A DNA stretch of 64,000 nt from the human T2T-CHM13v2.0 reference genome, Homo sapiens. The notes under the pieces are model-generated. The model did not search any database, was not told the DNA's origin, and saw only the letters and a program-made list of their open reading frames with translations. A program made the translations under genes and the position numbers. The stretch lies in NCBI RefSeq assembly GCF_009914755.1, contig NC_060930.1. One strand, given 5' to 3'. Each line of letters opens with the position of its first letter. Within the stretch, counting starts at the first letter, position 1. Below are positions 17,101 to 32,449 of the stretch, in pieces.

Positions 17101-17589
17101 AATACATATATATATATACACACACACACACATATATACACACATATATGTATATATAATGTTACTTTTGTGTTATACAAGATATAAATTTACCATATGT
17201 AAATATTATAAAGCTCAATAAGCTGCTACTTATAAAGTCTATAATGCTCCATTAAAAAATCAAAAGATTCCCTTCATCCTAGGCTAGAAATAAAGTGTAT
17301 CGTAGAAGCTCTTTGATCCATGGATAAAATTTGAGAGAGATGAAGAGGGCAGTCAACGAACTTGGATGCAGAAAAAATATGCCTTGATTTTCAATAACTT
17401 ATAATTGAAATTTAAAATATGGTTCAATTATGAATGTAGGCCATAAACCTGGTATCATCAACAGTACCTGTGACTTTTGCCACCAAAAGTCATCATAGAT
17501 TTAAATATTAAGTTGTAGTGCCTGCAGATCTCTTGAAATACTATTTATACTTGTTACTTCAAAATCACAGTAGTTAGTAAATGTGCCAC

Positions 17590-18143
17590 TGTCAGAGGCG
17601 TTTGAACCAGAGCAACTCCACCTTAAACAGGAGCTAGGTAAAATGAGGCTGAGACCTACTGGGCTGCATTCCCAGACGGTTAAAGCATTCTAAGTCACAG
17701 GATGAGATAGGGGGTTGGCACAAGATACGGGTCGTAAAGACCTTCCTGATAAAACAGGTTGCAGCAAAGAAGCTGGCTAAAACCCACCAAAACCAATATG
17801 GCAATGAGAGTGACCTACAGTCGTCCTCACTGCTACACTCCGCCCACCGCCATGACAGTTTACAGATCCCATGGCAAGGTCAGGTAGTTACCCTATATGG
17901 TCTAAAAGGGGGATGCATGAATAATCCACCCCTTGTTTAGCATATAATCAAGAAATAAGCATAAAAATGTGTAACCAGTAGCCCTCTGGGCTGCCCTGTC
18001 TATGGAATAGCCATTCTTCTATTCCTTTACTTTCTTAATAAACTTACTTTCATTTTACTCTATGGACTCACCCTGAATTCTTTCTTGTGGGAGATCCAAG
18101 AACCCTCTCTGGGGGTCTCAATCAGGACTCCTTTCCTGTAACA
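17590..18143 (+). mobile_element. MER41A solo LTR (ERV1)
   Basis: TGTCAGAGGCGTTTGAACCAGAGCAACTCC...TTTCCTGTAACA, 554 bp; 4-bp TSD CCAC. Confidence 0.9.
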
Positions 18144-18264
18144 CCACTAGATCTTGTTATTCAACGCATTAATTAAAAAGTACCTATGCTGCTGTCAAAA
18201 ATATTTCTAATAACTTATATTTCAATGTAATTGGTTTCTTTCATAGTTCTGTCTTTTATCCATG

Positions 18265-18620
18265 TTTGCCTTTTTTTGTTGGTCACAAGCTAGGCTACGT
18301 TTCCCAGCCTCCCCTGCAGTTAGATAAGGCCATGTGACTGAGCTCTAGCCAATGAAATGTGTATATATGTAAGCCATTTCTGGACCTAGCATATAAACAC
18401 TTCCCACAGCCACTTCTCCATGCTCTTCTCCTCTTTTGGCCAGCATGACCTTTGAAGCAACCATGCTTCCAGCAGCCCAAGTCCCTGAATAACTACATGA
18501 AAGAGGCCACTCTACCAACCTGTTTACCCACACCTGTACCTTTAAATAAACAACAAACAGATTTGTATTTTGTTTGAGCCAATGAGTATATATTTGCTAT
18601 AGGAGTTTGCACTACCCTGA
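18265..18620 (+). mobile_element. MLT1-type MaLR LTR remnant
   Basis: TTTCCCAGCCTCCCCTGCAGTTAG..GGCCATGTGACTGAGCTCTAGCCAATG motif. Confidence 0.6.
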
Positions 18621-18623
18621 CTC

Positions 18624-18805
18624 ACTGGTTCTCAAACTTTATCAAGCATCAGAACCACCTTGAAGGCTCATTAAAATACAGACTTCTGGGCCACACCCTC
18701 GGAGTTTCTGATTCATTAAGTCTGGGATAGGGCTAAGAATCTGCATTCCTAACAAATCCTCCAGTGATGCTGATGCCACCATCATGTGAGTACAGTCTGA
18801 GAAAC
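18624..18805. mobile_element. MER5-type hAT DNA transposon
   Basis: GGTTCTCAAACTTT..CAGAACCACCT..GAATCTGCATT..TAACAA. Confidence 0.7.
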
Positions 18806-19179
18806 CAAAGGTCCTGCCCCTTACTGTGTGGTGAATGAGTAGTTTTGGTCTTAATAATACTGTATCCCATCGTGCTATATGCAGGGGGACCCTCAGGATT
18901 AGAGCAATTTAACTGTTTGTTGTTTTAATAACCCTATATTAAAAGATTGGTCCTGGAAGTCACTTTGTCAGCGGGGAAAAAAAATAATGTATCTAGAAGA
19001 TACCTTTCTGTTTTCAGAGAGAATGTATTCCCTGGCAAGTAAAGGAAAGTGGGGCAAAATATTACCTTTTTAAAATCTTTTCTAATAACTAGTCATTGTT
19101 TGGTATAGAACATTGGTCCCTGGAGTTATGATGACAACAAAGAGTCTGTTTTGGAAAAGTCTAGGGAACTGCACATTTC

Positions 19180-19812
<633 letters not shown>

Positions 19813-20246
19813 TAGATAAACTTTCACAGGTTAGTAATACAGTGTTTATTTCATATTGACTGATATTATATCAACTGCTTATTAGTTCCTGCTGGTAAGA
19901 AGCACTGATTTAAACAATCAGAGAGCCTTAATGTTTTCTAAATTGCAAATGAACTACAACTTAGGTGCAGTTTTGTAAATGAAAATATTTTAAAATCTCT
20001 TAATAATGTCAAACATTCCCTTCTTAAACAAAAGGCTCCACCCACAGTCCCTGCTGCCTGAGGAAGCATGTTTTGTACTGTAGCCTCACACCCCTCCAGT
20101 TATGGTTGCTGGTTCTTGACACTTAGGCTGTGTCTATCAGAGTTTTTGCTTTGAGAGTCTGAGAAAAACTGAGAGCCTGGGCTGCTTAGCATAGAGGCTG
20201 CAAGGGAGGAAGGGAAGGAGGAAGGGAGGGAATTAATTCTATAGAT

Positions 20247-20411
20247 CAGTGCTTCTCAAACTTTAATATGTACATGGATCACCTGGAAATCCTATTAAAA
20301 TGCAGATTCTAATGCAGTGGGTCTGAGTGGGGCCTGAGAGTCTGCTTTTCTAACAGGCTTCCAGGGTATTCTGATGCTGCTGGTCTGCAGACCAAACTTT
20401 GAGTAACAAGG
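20247..20411. mobile_element. MER5-type hAT DNA transposon
   Basis: CAGTGCTTCTCAAACTTT...ACTTTGAGTAACAAGG. Confidence 0.7.
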
Positions 20412-21309
20412 ATGTAGAAGGATTCATGGAAACTGTGTGCCTCTGGTATAGGCTGAGGCTATCAGGGGCCAGAAATCATAAGTGAAAAGGGCAAAAGGAA
20501 AAGAAGCAGCTAGTGGAGTGGAATGGAGTCATTCCTACGGCATCTCGCTACTGCAGGGAGTGAGGCCTTTAATCTGTAACCAACTTCCAGTTCTATCCAT
20601 GTAAAGCCAGACCCTCGTATGGATCTTTTTCTTTGATTTCCATTAAATTATACATACAACATGCCTTAAAATATAGTATGTCTCTGATTCTGCATCCAAA
20701 TGAGCCTAAGACACTAAACACAGTCTTGGATGCGGGTGGGGAAAAGACTAAACAAAGACTACGAGGTTGAAGCTACTTGAGATACAGCATCTTCTCCTTT
20801 AAAGAGCTTAAAGTGCTTTTTAATTATAAATGTTAGATTAGCCCAAGCAGGGATCATAGTGTACACTCAGAAAAAAACTACATTTTCTTTCCTGGTCGAC
20901 CTCTGAAATCCACAATGAGGGGTTCCTTTTCTCTCAATACTACATAAGATTTTGTGTAGATCTATAATTTTTCTGGTCATTCTCAGATAATTAAAAAGTC
21001 TCCCAACCACTTCTAGTCACAAAAGCATACCATTCCAATGAGGTCACATCACTCCTTTTGGTTTCCTCCTAGATGGGGTTTAAAGTGACTCCAGGCTCTT
21101 TCTCCCAAGACAGCTGTAAGAAATATTCATGTATCCTTTGCCCCAACAAATTCTGGGAGAGCAGGCTGTTTCCAGTGCAGCCCTTTCTGCTCATTCCATC
21201 ACTAGAACAGTGGTCCAGCCACAGTCTCTGGCCCTTTGGAATTATTATGGAGTCTTGGGGTCGGGCGCAGCACACTGCTAAGACATTCCCCAGTCTCTAA
21301 TCCTGACCT

Positions 21310-21503
21310 GTCTAACAGAGTAGCTACCAGCCACATATTTTTATTTAAATTTTAATTAATTAAAATTAAATTAAAATTTCAACTTCTCAAGCATGCTAGC
21401 CATATTCTAAGTACTCAATATCATATGTGGCTAGTAGAGACCCTATTGGATAATACAGATAAAACATTTGTGTTCTCACAGAAAGTTCTACTGAACAGCA
21501 CTT
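21310..21503. mobile_element. MER3-like hAT MITE
   Basis: TGTCTAACAGAGTAGCTACCAGCCAC...GAAAGTTCTACTGAACAGCACT. Confidence 0.6.
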
Positions 21504-22419
21504 CTTTAACCTCTCACAGATGAAACCTTAGCCTTTATCCATATACCTAAAATCGGTGATGGCTGACTATAACTATCAGCATAGACTAACGGCTACAGCA
21601 AGCAACACCAAAACCTCAGGAGCTTAACACAATAAAAGTTTATGCCTCGCTCATGTCACGCATAGATCAGCAAGTGGGGGTGGTGCTCTGCTCCACAGAG
21701 TCATTTAGAACACCAGGCACCTTCCATCTATGGCTTTTTAGGTTCTCAATATCCTCTCCACTCTGCTGGATTATGGAAACTAGGGCCAGGATTGTGTGCA
21801 TGGTTTCAGTACATCAGACCTGTAAATGGCACACATCATTTCTTACGTTTCATTAACTAGAACCCAGTTACAAGGTCATCACCAAGTTGCAAGGGAAGCT
21901 AAAAAATTAGTTATGTGCCAAGAATAAGAGAACACAGACATTGGTGAGCAAAACACAGTCTACCACAGAGCTGGTGGCAAAATCAAATTTATAGCTACCT
22001 CCTACATAGGGCTCTACTCCTCTCTCTGGCAATGTGAGCCTTTCTGACTACAACTATTGGGGCCTCAAACAAAACTAAGACAAAAAGAGCTCCATTGACA
22101 CATCTTATTACATAGCCAAACAGAATCTGAGTCCCATTTATCTAACACTTTTCCAGCATTGTTCAGCTCCTAACTACATTCAACTCTCTTTAATTCTTTA
22201 CAGCTCCATAAACAACAATTATTTCTACTTATCAAGCATTTCCTATGTGCCAAATACTATGCATGCATTATCTCACTATTTCTTGTAATATTCCTAGTAG
22301 GTAAATACTTTTTCAATGCCCATTTTACAGATAAGGAAATGGACACTTAGAAGTTTGCCTAATACTTTGTAAGTATCTGCTCGAGGACTGAAACTCAGCA
22401 ACCTGATATGTGCTCTCCA

Positions 22420-22646
22420 CCAAAGGTCAGCAAACTATCACTCTTCGGACAAACTGACCCACCATCTGTTTTTGCAAAGTTTCATTGGAACACAGCCATG
22501 TCCATTCATTTACATATTGTCTATGGCTACTTCTCTGCCACAAACACAGAGTTAAGTAGCTGCAACAGAGATCATATGACCTGCAAAGTCAAAAATACTG
22601 TACTTATTATCTGGCCCTTTACAGAAAAATGTGGCCAACCCCTGCT
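22420..22646. mobile_element. MER58A-like hAT MITE
   Basis: GGTCAGCAAACTA...GGCCCTTTACAGAAAAATGTGGCCAACCCCTG. Confidence 0.7.
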
Positions 22647-23195
22647 CTATAGCACCCTGTAGGGCCTTGAGCACTCTGTTTCTAACACAGACTGAAAAAT
22701 AATTTTGACTTGATGTTTTGGTCTGCTAATCTGTACTCTCAGTCAACAACCTAGTCTATGAAATATAAGGTCAGCCTAATTTCCCTCTGGCAGCCATGTC
22801 TACTCCATCTGTTTGTAGTTTCTAGGCAGATCAAACAGCATCTGTTATGTTATTTCATCAAACACATAGATGATGCAGTTGGATTATTTTCCTAATCTGA
22901 TGATTTTTTTTATATTTAGACTGCAACTACCAGGCAAAAGTCTGCACAAATTTTATCAACCCTACTGCAATCCTTTATCCTTCCCATCTCCAGCTTTGGT
23001 TTTTAGGGATAAAGTCATTAGCCACTGAATGACAGCAGACTTTTATGAACAGTGGCTGTTCAGTAAGCCAGGGTTTATTCTGTTGAAATTGCCCTACACT
23101 CTTATTTTTTCTTAGACTGAATTCATCAACTTCATGTTTTGTACCAAAATGAACCATAAAAAGAAAATAAATATGCTTGGCTTTCAGGCATATTT

Positions 23196-23282
23196 ATGGA
23201 ACCAACAATGCATCCATATTAAGTATGGAACCAACAATGCACCCATATTAAGTAAGGAACCAACATTGCATCCATATTAAAA
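23196..23282 (+). repeat. 29-bp minisatellite x3 (ATGGAACCAACAATGCATCCATATTAAGT)
   Basis: Three head-to-tail units with no spacers. Confidence 0.9.
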
Positions 23283-23335
23283 TTAAAAGAGGGTAGAAAT
23301 TACACTATATTCAAAACTACAACTAGTCTGGATAA

Positions 23336-23686
23336 TGTGGGGCATACCCCACATTTTTCCCCATTCCTTGGGCCAGTTGCTGAGAGGGTGGCAGCATGGC
23401 TTTTAGCTGGGAATTGCCCTCCAGCCTAAGAGCTAGCTGTCACATCCCGTCCCCCAGGCCAAATGCTGGTCAACAGGGAAGGGCTAGTGATTGCTTCAAC
23501 TAGGGACAACTCTGAAACTTCCTGTGGGATCTTGGGGCCATTGGCATATGCAACATAATTCCTCCGTGGCCCAATCCTGCTTCCCTCACTATTTTAGGGT
23601 GTTTTTCCCGAGGGCACTCCCCAATAAATCTCCTGCATAGAGTCTCCATCTCAAAGTCTATTTTTCTGGGAAGCTGACCTGAAACA
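23336..23686 (+). mobile_element. LTR16-like ERVL LTR remnant
   Basis: GGGCACTCCCCAATAAATCTCCTGCA..CTCCATCTCAAAGTCT..ACCTGAAACA 3' end. Confidence 0.55.
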
Positions 23687-25485
23687 AACAGTCTGATTTC
23701 CTGAACAGTGCCATCAATAACTTACGAACCATATTTAACATTCAATGACAAGAAAGATCCAGCAACAAAGAGCTTCTAGAGGACAGGAAACTCATCAATA
23801 CAAAAAATGAGAGTAATGGCAAAACACTGGGCAATATACACATCAAAAACAGGTAACAGTAACCATATGAAAAAGCAAAGTGGGAATAGACAAGAGTTCT
23901 AGAGAGAAACAAGCTCCATTCAAAGCTAAGGAAGGCAAATGAGGAAGGCTGACTGAGAAACAGGAGCAGCAGTCAGTGCAATCTGCTCTTGCGGCAGCCA
24001 GAGCTCAGCTTCTCTCAGCAACGGGCCCACAGCCCCGGGCACAGACAGTCATGCGCAATGACAGACTCTATAAATAGCTGTGCCACCAGCAAATCATAAC
24101 CCAGCCTTCATAATTATAGACCAAGGGATTTTATAGATGATTCTTTAAATGTGAGCACAATCTGTTTGCATGCAGCCTTTTCTGAGATACTACTCACAGA
24201 CATTATCACTAGTGACCATGTCTACAAATAAAAAGAGTCACGGTTTAAAAATATGTATATCTAAGATAACGTCCTTCTCAAGACAAGAACTTAGGAAATA
24301 TAAAATAAAAAAGCATGTTTTATGGGGCATTTACAACTTCCCAACTGCAAATTCTGAGAAGCCAAATAGCACCCAAACAGCAAGATTTCTGAAGTGGTAA
24401 ATGTTCACACTAAGCAAAGGCCAGGAACACTAATCATAAGAAGACAGCCTAGAGAGGTGTGGTGAGAAAAGAAAATGGGCCACAAAAAAAGCACAGGAAG
24501 GAAAGTCAACTGAGATAGATGAGGTTGTGCAGCCCACTGAGTGTGCAGCACAAAATACGGGGGTGGAGAGTGAAGACAGGGACAGAAAAAAAGGTAAGAA
24601 ACAAGATGAAAAAAAGAAAGGAAAAAAACATGTGCTAATTTGCAATAAGTCACAGCAAAGTCCTAACTGAGTCTATTTCAAGGGCATCCTTAAGTGACTT
24701 TTAATACCACTACAAAATCAGTCTTTGGAGACAAAAGTCAATGTATCAGGCAGTACATCAGAAATCACTCAAGACACAAGAGAGGACAAGAAGACAGAAT
24801 AAAGACCTAAATGTATATGCAAACTGAACTGTTAATACTTTACGCAAGGGAAGAATGAGTGGTTAAACTAATCTTACAACGATAGCCATATCAATAGCAA
24901 CCCCAACAAACTATTCTCCAGTAATATCTTTGTCTTCAGATACAATGTAATCCTAACACTTTCTTTGAGAATTTCCTGCATTGAAGCCAACCCTATCATG
25001 ACTGAGGCAGGCTAAGCCATAAGGCAGATGGGAAGATGGCAGATAGTTTAGACGGTTCAGATAGTTCATATAGTTCAGACTAGCTCAGATGGCAGATAGG
25101 TGATAGGGAGGAAGTAACAAGACAAGTCGGCTAAGCGTCATGAATATGTACAGGCAAGAGCTCATACATCAGCACAGCCATGAGAGGATCCATGAATCAA
25201 ATCCTCAAAGCCAGGCAGAGAAGAGCCATAGGACACTAGGTGATTAGTTCAAGCACAGCAGGACCTGGACAGCCATAAGAGGTAGAAGCCCTAAGACCCC
25301 TGAGTGTCCTCTTGTTGCACACACCCTCCCCAGAGTTCCTGAACCTCCCCCAGGATCTAGAAACTACAAAGTATTGGACCTTCAGTTGGCAACTCTTCTG
25401 ACTGCTCAGTGCCCACTTTCTACTGGTTGTTAAATATTTTGAGCATCACTCCTGCCAGTGCCCGAACTTAACAAAAGCTATTCAA

Positions 25486-25764
25486 GACCTGGGTGCAGTG
25501 GTTCATGCCTGTAATCCCAGCACTTTGGGAGGCCAAGGCGAGCAGATCGCTTGAGCCCAGGAGTTCGAGACTAGCCTGGGCAACATAGTGAGACCCTGTC
25601 TCTACCAAAAATACAAAAAATTAGCTGGGTATGGTGGCGCACACCTGTAGCCCCAGCTACCTGGGAGGCTGAGGTGGGGGGATCTCCTGAGCCTGGGGGG
25701 TCGAGCTGTAGTAAGCCATGATGGGGCCACTGTACTCCAGCCCTGAGACAAGATCTTCTCTCTC

Positions 25765-25846
<82 letters not shown>

Positions 25847-25858
25847 AGACAGAGAGAG
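25486..25858 (+). mobile_element. AluJ-like element whose tail is a compound (TC)n(CA)24(GA)n microsatellite
   Basis: TSD AAAAGCTATTCA at 25473-25484/25859-25870 encloses the microsatellite. Confidence 0.88.
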
Positions 25859-26849
25859 AAAAGCTATTCAGGCTTTTGGGCTGGAGTTCCAGGCAGGATT
25901 TCAAGTCCCAAAGGTGAGCTACATTACTAAGGTAGGGAAGCAGCATTCACTGGGCCCCCATGAAATGGATGCTTGCCAAGACTCGCCATCAAGCCCCAGG
26001 CATGCTAAAAAAAAAAAAAAAAAAACAGGCAGAGGCTCCTAACACACACTGCTCGGACCAGGTATTTCTCAGAAACAGCAATAGCCCACTGAGGATACAC
26101 ACAGCAGAAAGGACTGACCACTCCTGCCCACTGTCTGGGGGCTGAACCTTTGCCCTTGCATAGATCAAATGTGTATTTGGTCTGTGTTCAAGTCTTAAAT
26201 GCTTTTTCTGGCAGCACATTCTCTCTCAAAAATCTGCTTACTCTGAAGACACACTTAGCAAGAAAGGAGAAAAAATATTTTCATGACCTAAAATCTTCTG
26301 ATAATTTATGCTGAGTAAAGACAGAGAAAAAGCAGAAGGGAAAGCCAACAGGAGCAGGTTTTAAACAAAGATGGTTAATCAAAGGTTTGTGAGAAATGCT
26401 TGTGGCTAGTCCATTTTGTGGTGGCTACAGCATTTTTTACTGTTCATTTCTGCTCTGTCTTTGACAATGCATTACATGGATATCTGCATAAACTGTGCAT
26501 AAGAAGTCACCTTGTATTGACTCCTTTTCCTAAGATGATGTTACTGAATCCAGATCAGTAGCTAAAAGCTTTGAAGAGATTTTTGTTACCTTCTCTTGCC
26601 CCTCTTGCAGTTATTTAGGCAAGAGCTATGAACTTTTTAACCTGAATCATATTATTCCTGTTGACTTTTCCCAGTAGACTGATTTAAAAGAAGTTTATTT
26701 CAATGTGGCTTTTTAAATAGCACTTACCACAGTTTGACTTATCATGGATATGAAGGGGAGGGACAGCTTCTTTTTCATCTTTGTGTCCTTCATTGCTCCT
26801 ACTTATGTTTGGGCACAAAATAGACTCTCAATATGCTTTGGGTTTGATT

Positions 26850-28620
<1,771 letters not shown>

Positions 28621-28668
28621 ATCTTTATTATTTACTAAACTCCTACATAAATTTGGATATATATATTT

Positions 28669-28968
28669 GGGCCAGGCAAGGTGGCTTACACCTGTAATCC
28701 CAGCACTTTGGGAGGCCAAGGCAGGCATATCACTTGAGCCCAGGAGTTTGAGGGCAGCCTGGCCAATATGGTGAAACCCCATCTCTACTAAAAATACAAT
28801 AATTAGCCAGGCATTTTGGCATGCACCTGTAATCCCAGCTACTTGGGAGACTGAGGCAGAAGAATTGCTTAACCCGGAGACAGAGGTTGCAGTGAGTTGA
28901 GATCCCACCATTGCACTCCTGCACTCCAGCCTGGGTGACGCAGTGAGACTCTGTCTCCGGGAAAAAAG
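28669..28968 (+). mobile_element. Alu (S-like)
   Basis: Full Alu flanked by GGATATATATAT. Confidence 0.9.
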
Positions 28969-29111
28969 AAGGATATATATATCTAAACACTCTGCTCTGC
29001 ACCACTTCAATCAATGTGGTTATTTTTACAGCAATTATATAAACACATAAAAATTTTGATAAAAACAACAAATATATAGACTGTTTACACTGCATTGCAA
29101 TGAGATAAAAA

Positions 29112-29540
29112 GTGTAGTAAGATACAGGCTAGCTACTGTAACAAAGAGATCCAAAAGTACAGCTATTAAAATAAGATCCAGTAACCAAGGGATCTAAGAA
29201 CCCAAGATCCTACTCTATCACTGCTCAGCCTTCCCCTCCAATATTACTTGCCCACAGGGTTGAAGCTAGTTTACCACCACAATTCCTTCCCAGGCATGAG
29301 AAGAAAGGGGCTATAGGAGGCAAGCTGATTCTTTTAAGGGCTTGACCTGGAATGTGTATATATCACCTCTACTTATATCCAATCGGCCATAACTTAGCCA
29401 TAGAGTCACACACATCTGCATGAAAGGCTGGGAAATGAAGTCTCTAGCTCGCTCACCATGCGCCCAGCTACAACCAGGACATTTCTATTACAAAAAGAAA
29501 AGAATAATTCTTGGTAGAAATTCATAGTCTCTACTACAGT
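29112..29540 (-). mobile_element. MLT1-type LTR remnant
   Basis: GGCTGGGAAATGAAGTCTCTAGC and related motifs. Confidence 0.5.
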
Positions 29541-29675
29541 GAGCAACCGTTAAAAATTTTTTGGATCACGGAGTTTCATTGGTTGTCTATAAAAAGTACT
29601 TCAAAGCACTGCCAAATTTAAAAGCAAATTATGCAGCTTTATTTTATAGAAAGACAAGAGTTCCAAAATTACTAA

Positions 29676-30057
<382 letters not shown>

Positions 30058-31288
30058 TAGAGCAGCAGACATTTTTAAACAAATAAATCAAACAAATAAA
30101 GGTGATATTTGAACAATGAATGAGAAAGGAACTGCTCTTTTAAATTTCTGGAACAGAAAGAGCGTTTCAAAAATATGAATTTGAATATATTTCTACTAAC
30201 ATGTGATTCTGTTCCTCCCAAAGAATATAGGTTTATTATCTAGAAAAGCTCTAATTTTGCAGATTTTAAAATTTGAAAATAGAGTTTTCTAATATGTTTT
30301 AAAGCCAACTAAATGCAGATCTTCAGTGAGTTCTGTAATCATTTGTTAAAAGTAGAAATATCAACACCTTCAGATTATAAGAAAATCAGTTGACATCAAG
30401 AAAGATGAAAATTTGCTAGTAAATTTTATTTTTAAATAACTTTGCATAATCTATGGATGAACTTGAAAAACAAATATCGTGATTAGTAAGAGCAGTTATC
30501 AATGCATTTCTTCCATTTGAATCTTTTTTTGAGATAGCAATGACTAAAATCAAATATCAAAATAAACTGACTTTAAAACCAGACATTGAATTACTAATTC
30601 ACATAGTGTTAAAGATTTTTTAAAATAATGAAGCACATTTAACTGCATTTTTCTCATGTTGAAATCTGTTTTACATAATATATTAGAATAGGTGTATATG
30701 TATATGTATATAATTGATACATAAATACATATACATATTGAGTGTGCATGCTCAAATTTATTTCACTGGTGGGGGTGCAATCAAAACTGTGAAGACTACC
30801 GGCAGAAAAGGATCTTTTTGTTATTTCGTATATTTATCTCCAACATATAAAAAAGGAAGAAAAATCTAAATGGACTATAACCATAGAAGATACAAAAGAG
30901 GATAGGAGAAAGATCTAACATGAAAAAAGGTTCTAGGCACAAAGACTTTGCACACATAGCCCCCATTAAATGCTAAACACACAGCACTGAATTATTATTA
31001 TATTGCTGTTTACGAAATTATTTCCTTAAATACATACATATATACGTATGTATCCTTTCTCCATATATATATATCATTAAAATATATAAGTTCCTATTCC
31101 CATTGACTATTAAAATCTCTGTTTTCCCATGCACTGATTCAGTTAGCACTCCCATTTCCAGAAGCATACTGCTTATGTTAAAAAGGGCTATGTGTGTACA
31201 GTCAAGTTCTATCTAACCTACAACAGGTCATTCCTATATTTTTCAAATTATTCTAAGAAATAGAAAAAGATAAAAATTTTCTCATCAG

Positions 31289-31930
31289 GCCAGCCCATGG
31301 AGCTGCAGCCGCCCTTCGTTCCCTCCTCACCTTCCCTACCAACATCATGGTCCAGGTCCTGCTTTGATTTACTTTGGGCAATGTGGTTGGAATGTAACTG
31401 GCTCAGAACTATGGCATACTATACAAAACCTGGCTAAAAAACTTGAAATTAAAAAGGACTTGGATGCCAAGAAGGTTGGAGCCTAGTTCATGAGGCACTG
31501 TCTTATAGATACACTGATTCTACTCTCTTGAGGGTCTCCTTTACCATCTGAACCAAAAGCTTTTGTTTGCATCTCTAGCCTCAGTGACCTTCTTCTTTGC
31601 TAAACCCTCTGTTTTTTTTTGCCTTAGAGCAAGCAAAATGGGGCCCCAATTTGAGAACTACCCTTACATTTCTGGTATTCTCACCTCTTCCATATCCTCC
31701 TTCCAGCTGCATGAATGGTTCTAAGACTGGAATTATGGTGCTAGATTAGCAAATATGACTTTTAATGAGTAGTTTCTTCTTTATTGTTTGGAATTTCTAC
31801 TACCTTTTGTCAAAAGAAAAATGGATGAGCTTTGTACAGCTGGTCAGATACAAATAATGCTGATTTCACAGTTTAGCAATTATAATGGGTGCTTGTTAAA
31901 TATTACTAAATTTTATTGTTTCAAAGTAAT
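31289..31930 (+). pseudogene. Processed pseudogene of STMP1 (C7orf73, short transmembrane mitochondrial protein 1)
   Basis: CDS remnant 31347-31493 reads [38 protein letters not shown]..PSS*, versus recalled STMP1 [47 protein letters not shown]. Intronless, with two stops and a frameshift. Outer boundaries approximate. Confidence 0.85.
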
Positions 31931-32449
31931 TACAATTAATATTAAGAAGCTAAAAATAACTCTAGATTCATGTAAAGATCCTAGCACAATCTAAAAACAA
32001 AACTTGATAAACTCAAGGAAATAAAGTATACATCAATCTAACATATAAGTTTTAAAGTCCTAAATAAAATCTTGCCAGAACTATCAAAGTGAGTTAAAAT
32101 AATAATATTCCAAGACTAAATAAAGTTGATTCCAAGAAATCATGGCTGATTCAATAGGGAACTCATTACTGTAATTCACTACAGTTATAAATTAAAGGAG
32201 AAATAATTATATCAATAGGTACATCAAAAATTCCCTTAAATTTTTAAAATTCAATTAAGTTCAGGAGAAATTATTGATTTTAAAATTGAGTAAAATAAGA
32301 ATAGAAGGAAACTGCCTGAATATTAAAAAGATTACCTACCAGGAAGTTTTATTTGGGACTTGTTGATTTTTTTCCTTAGCTTAGACAGAGACAGTGATCA
32401 GAAAGTACTTATTTGGGAATTTTGATTTTTTCCCTGGATTAGATGGAGA

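Noticed and set aside
17590-18143. MER41 as an interferon-gamma/STAT1 enhancer
   Set aside because: The sequence reads GGTCTAAAAGGGGGATGCATGAATAATCC and lacks the tandem GAS-containing segment of MER41B. It is the MER41A form.
23196-23282. 29-bp repeats as a CRISPR array
   Set aside because: The units are directly adjacent with no unique spacers, the context is eukaryotic, and there are no cas genes.
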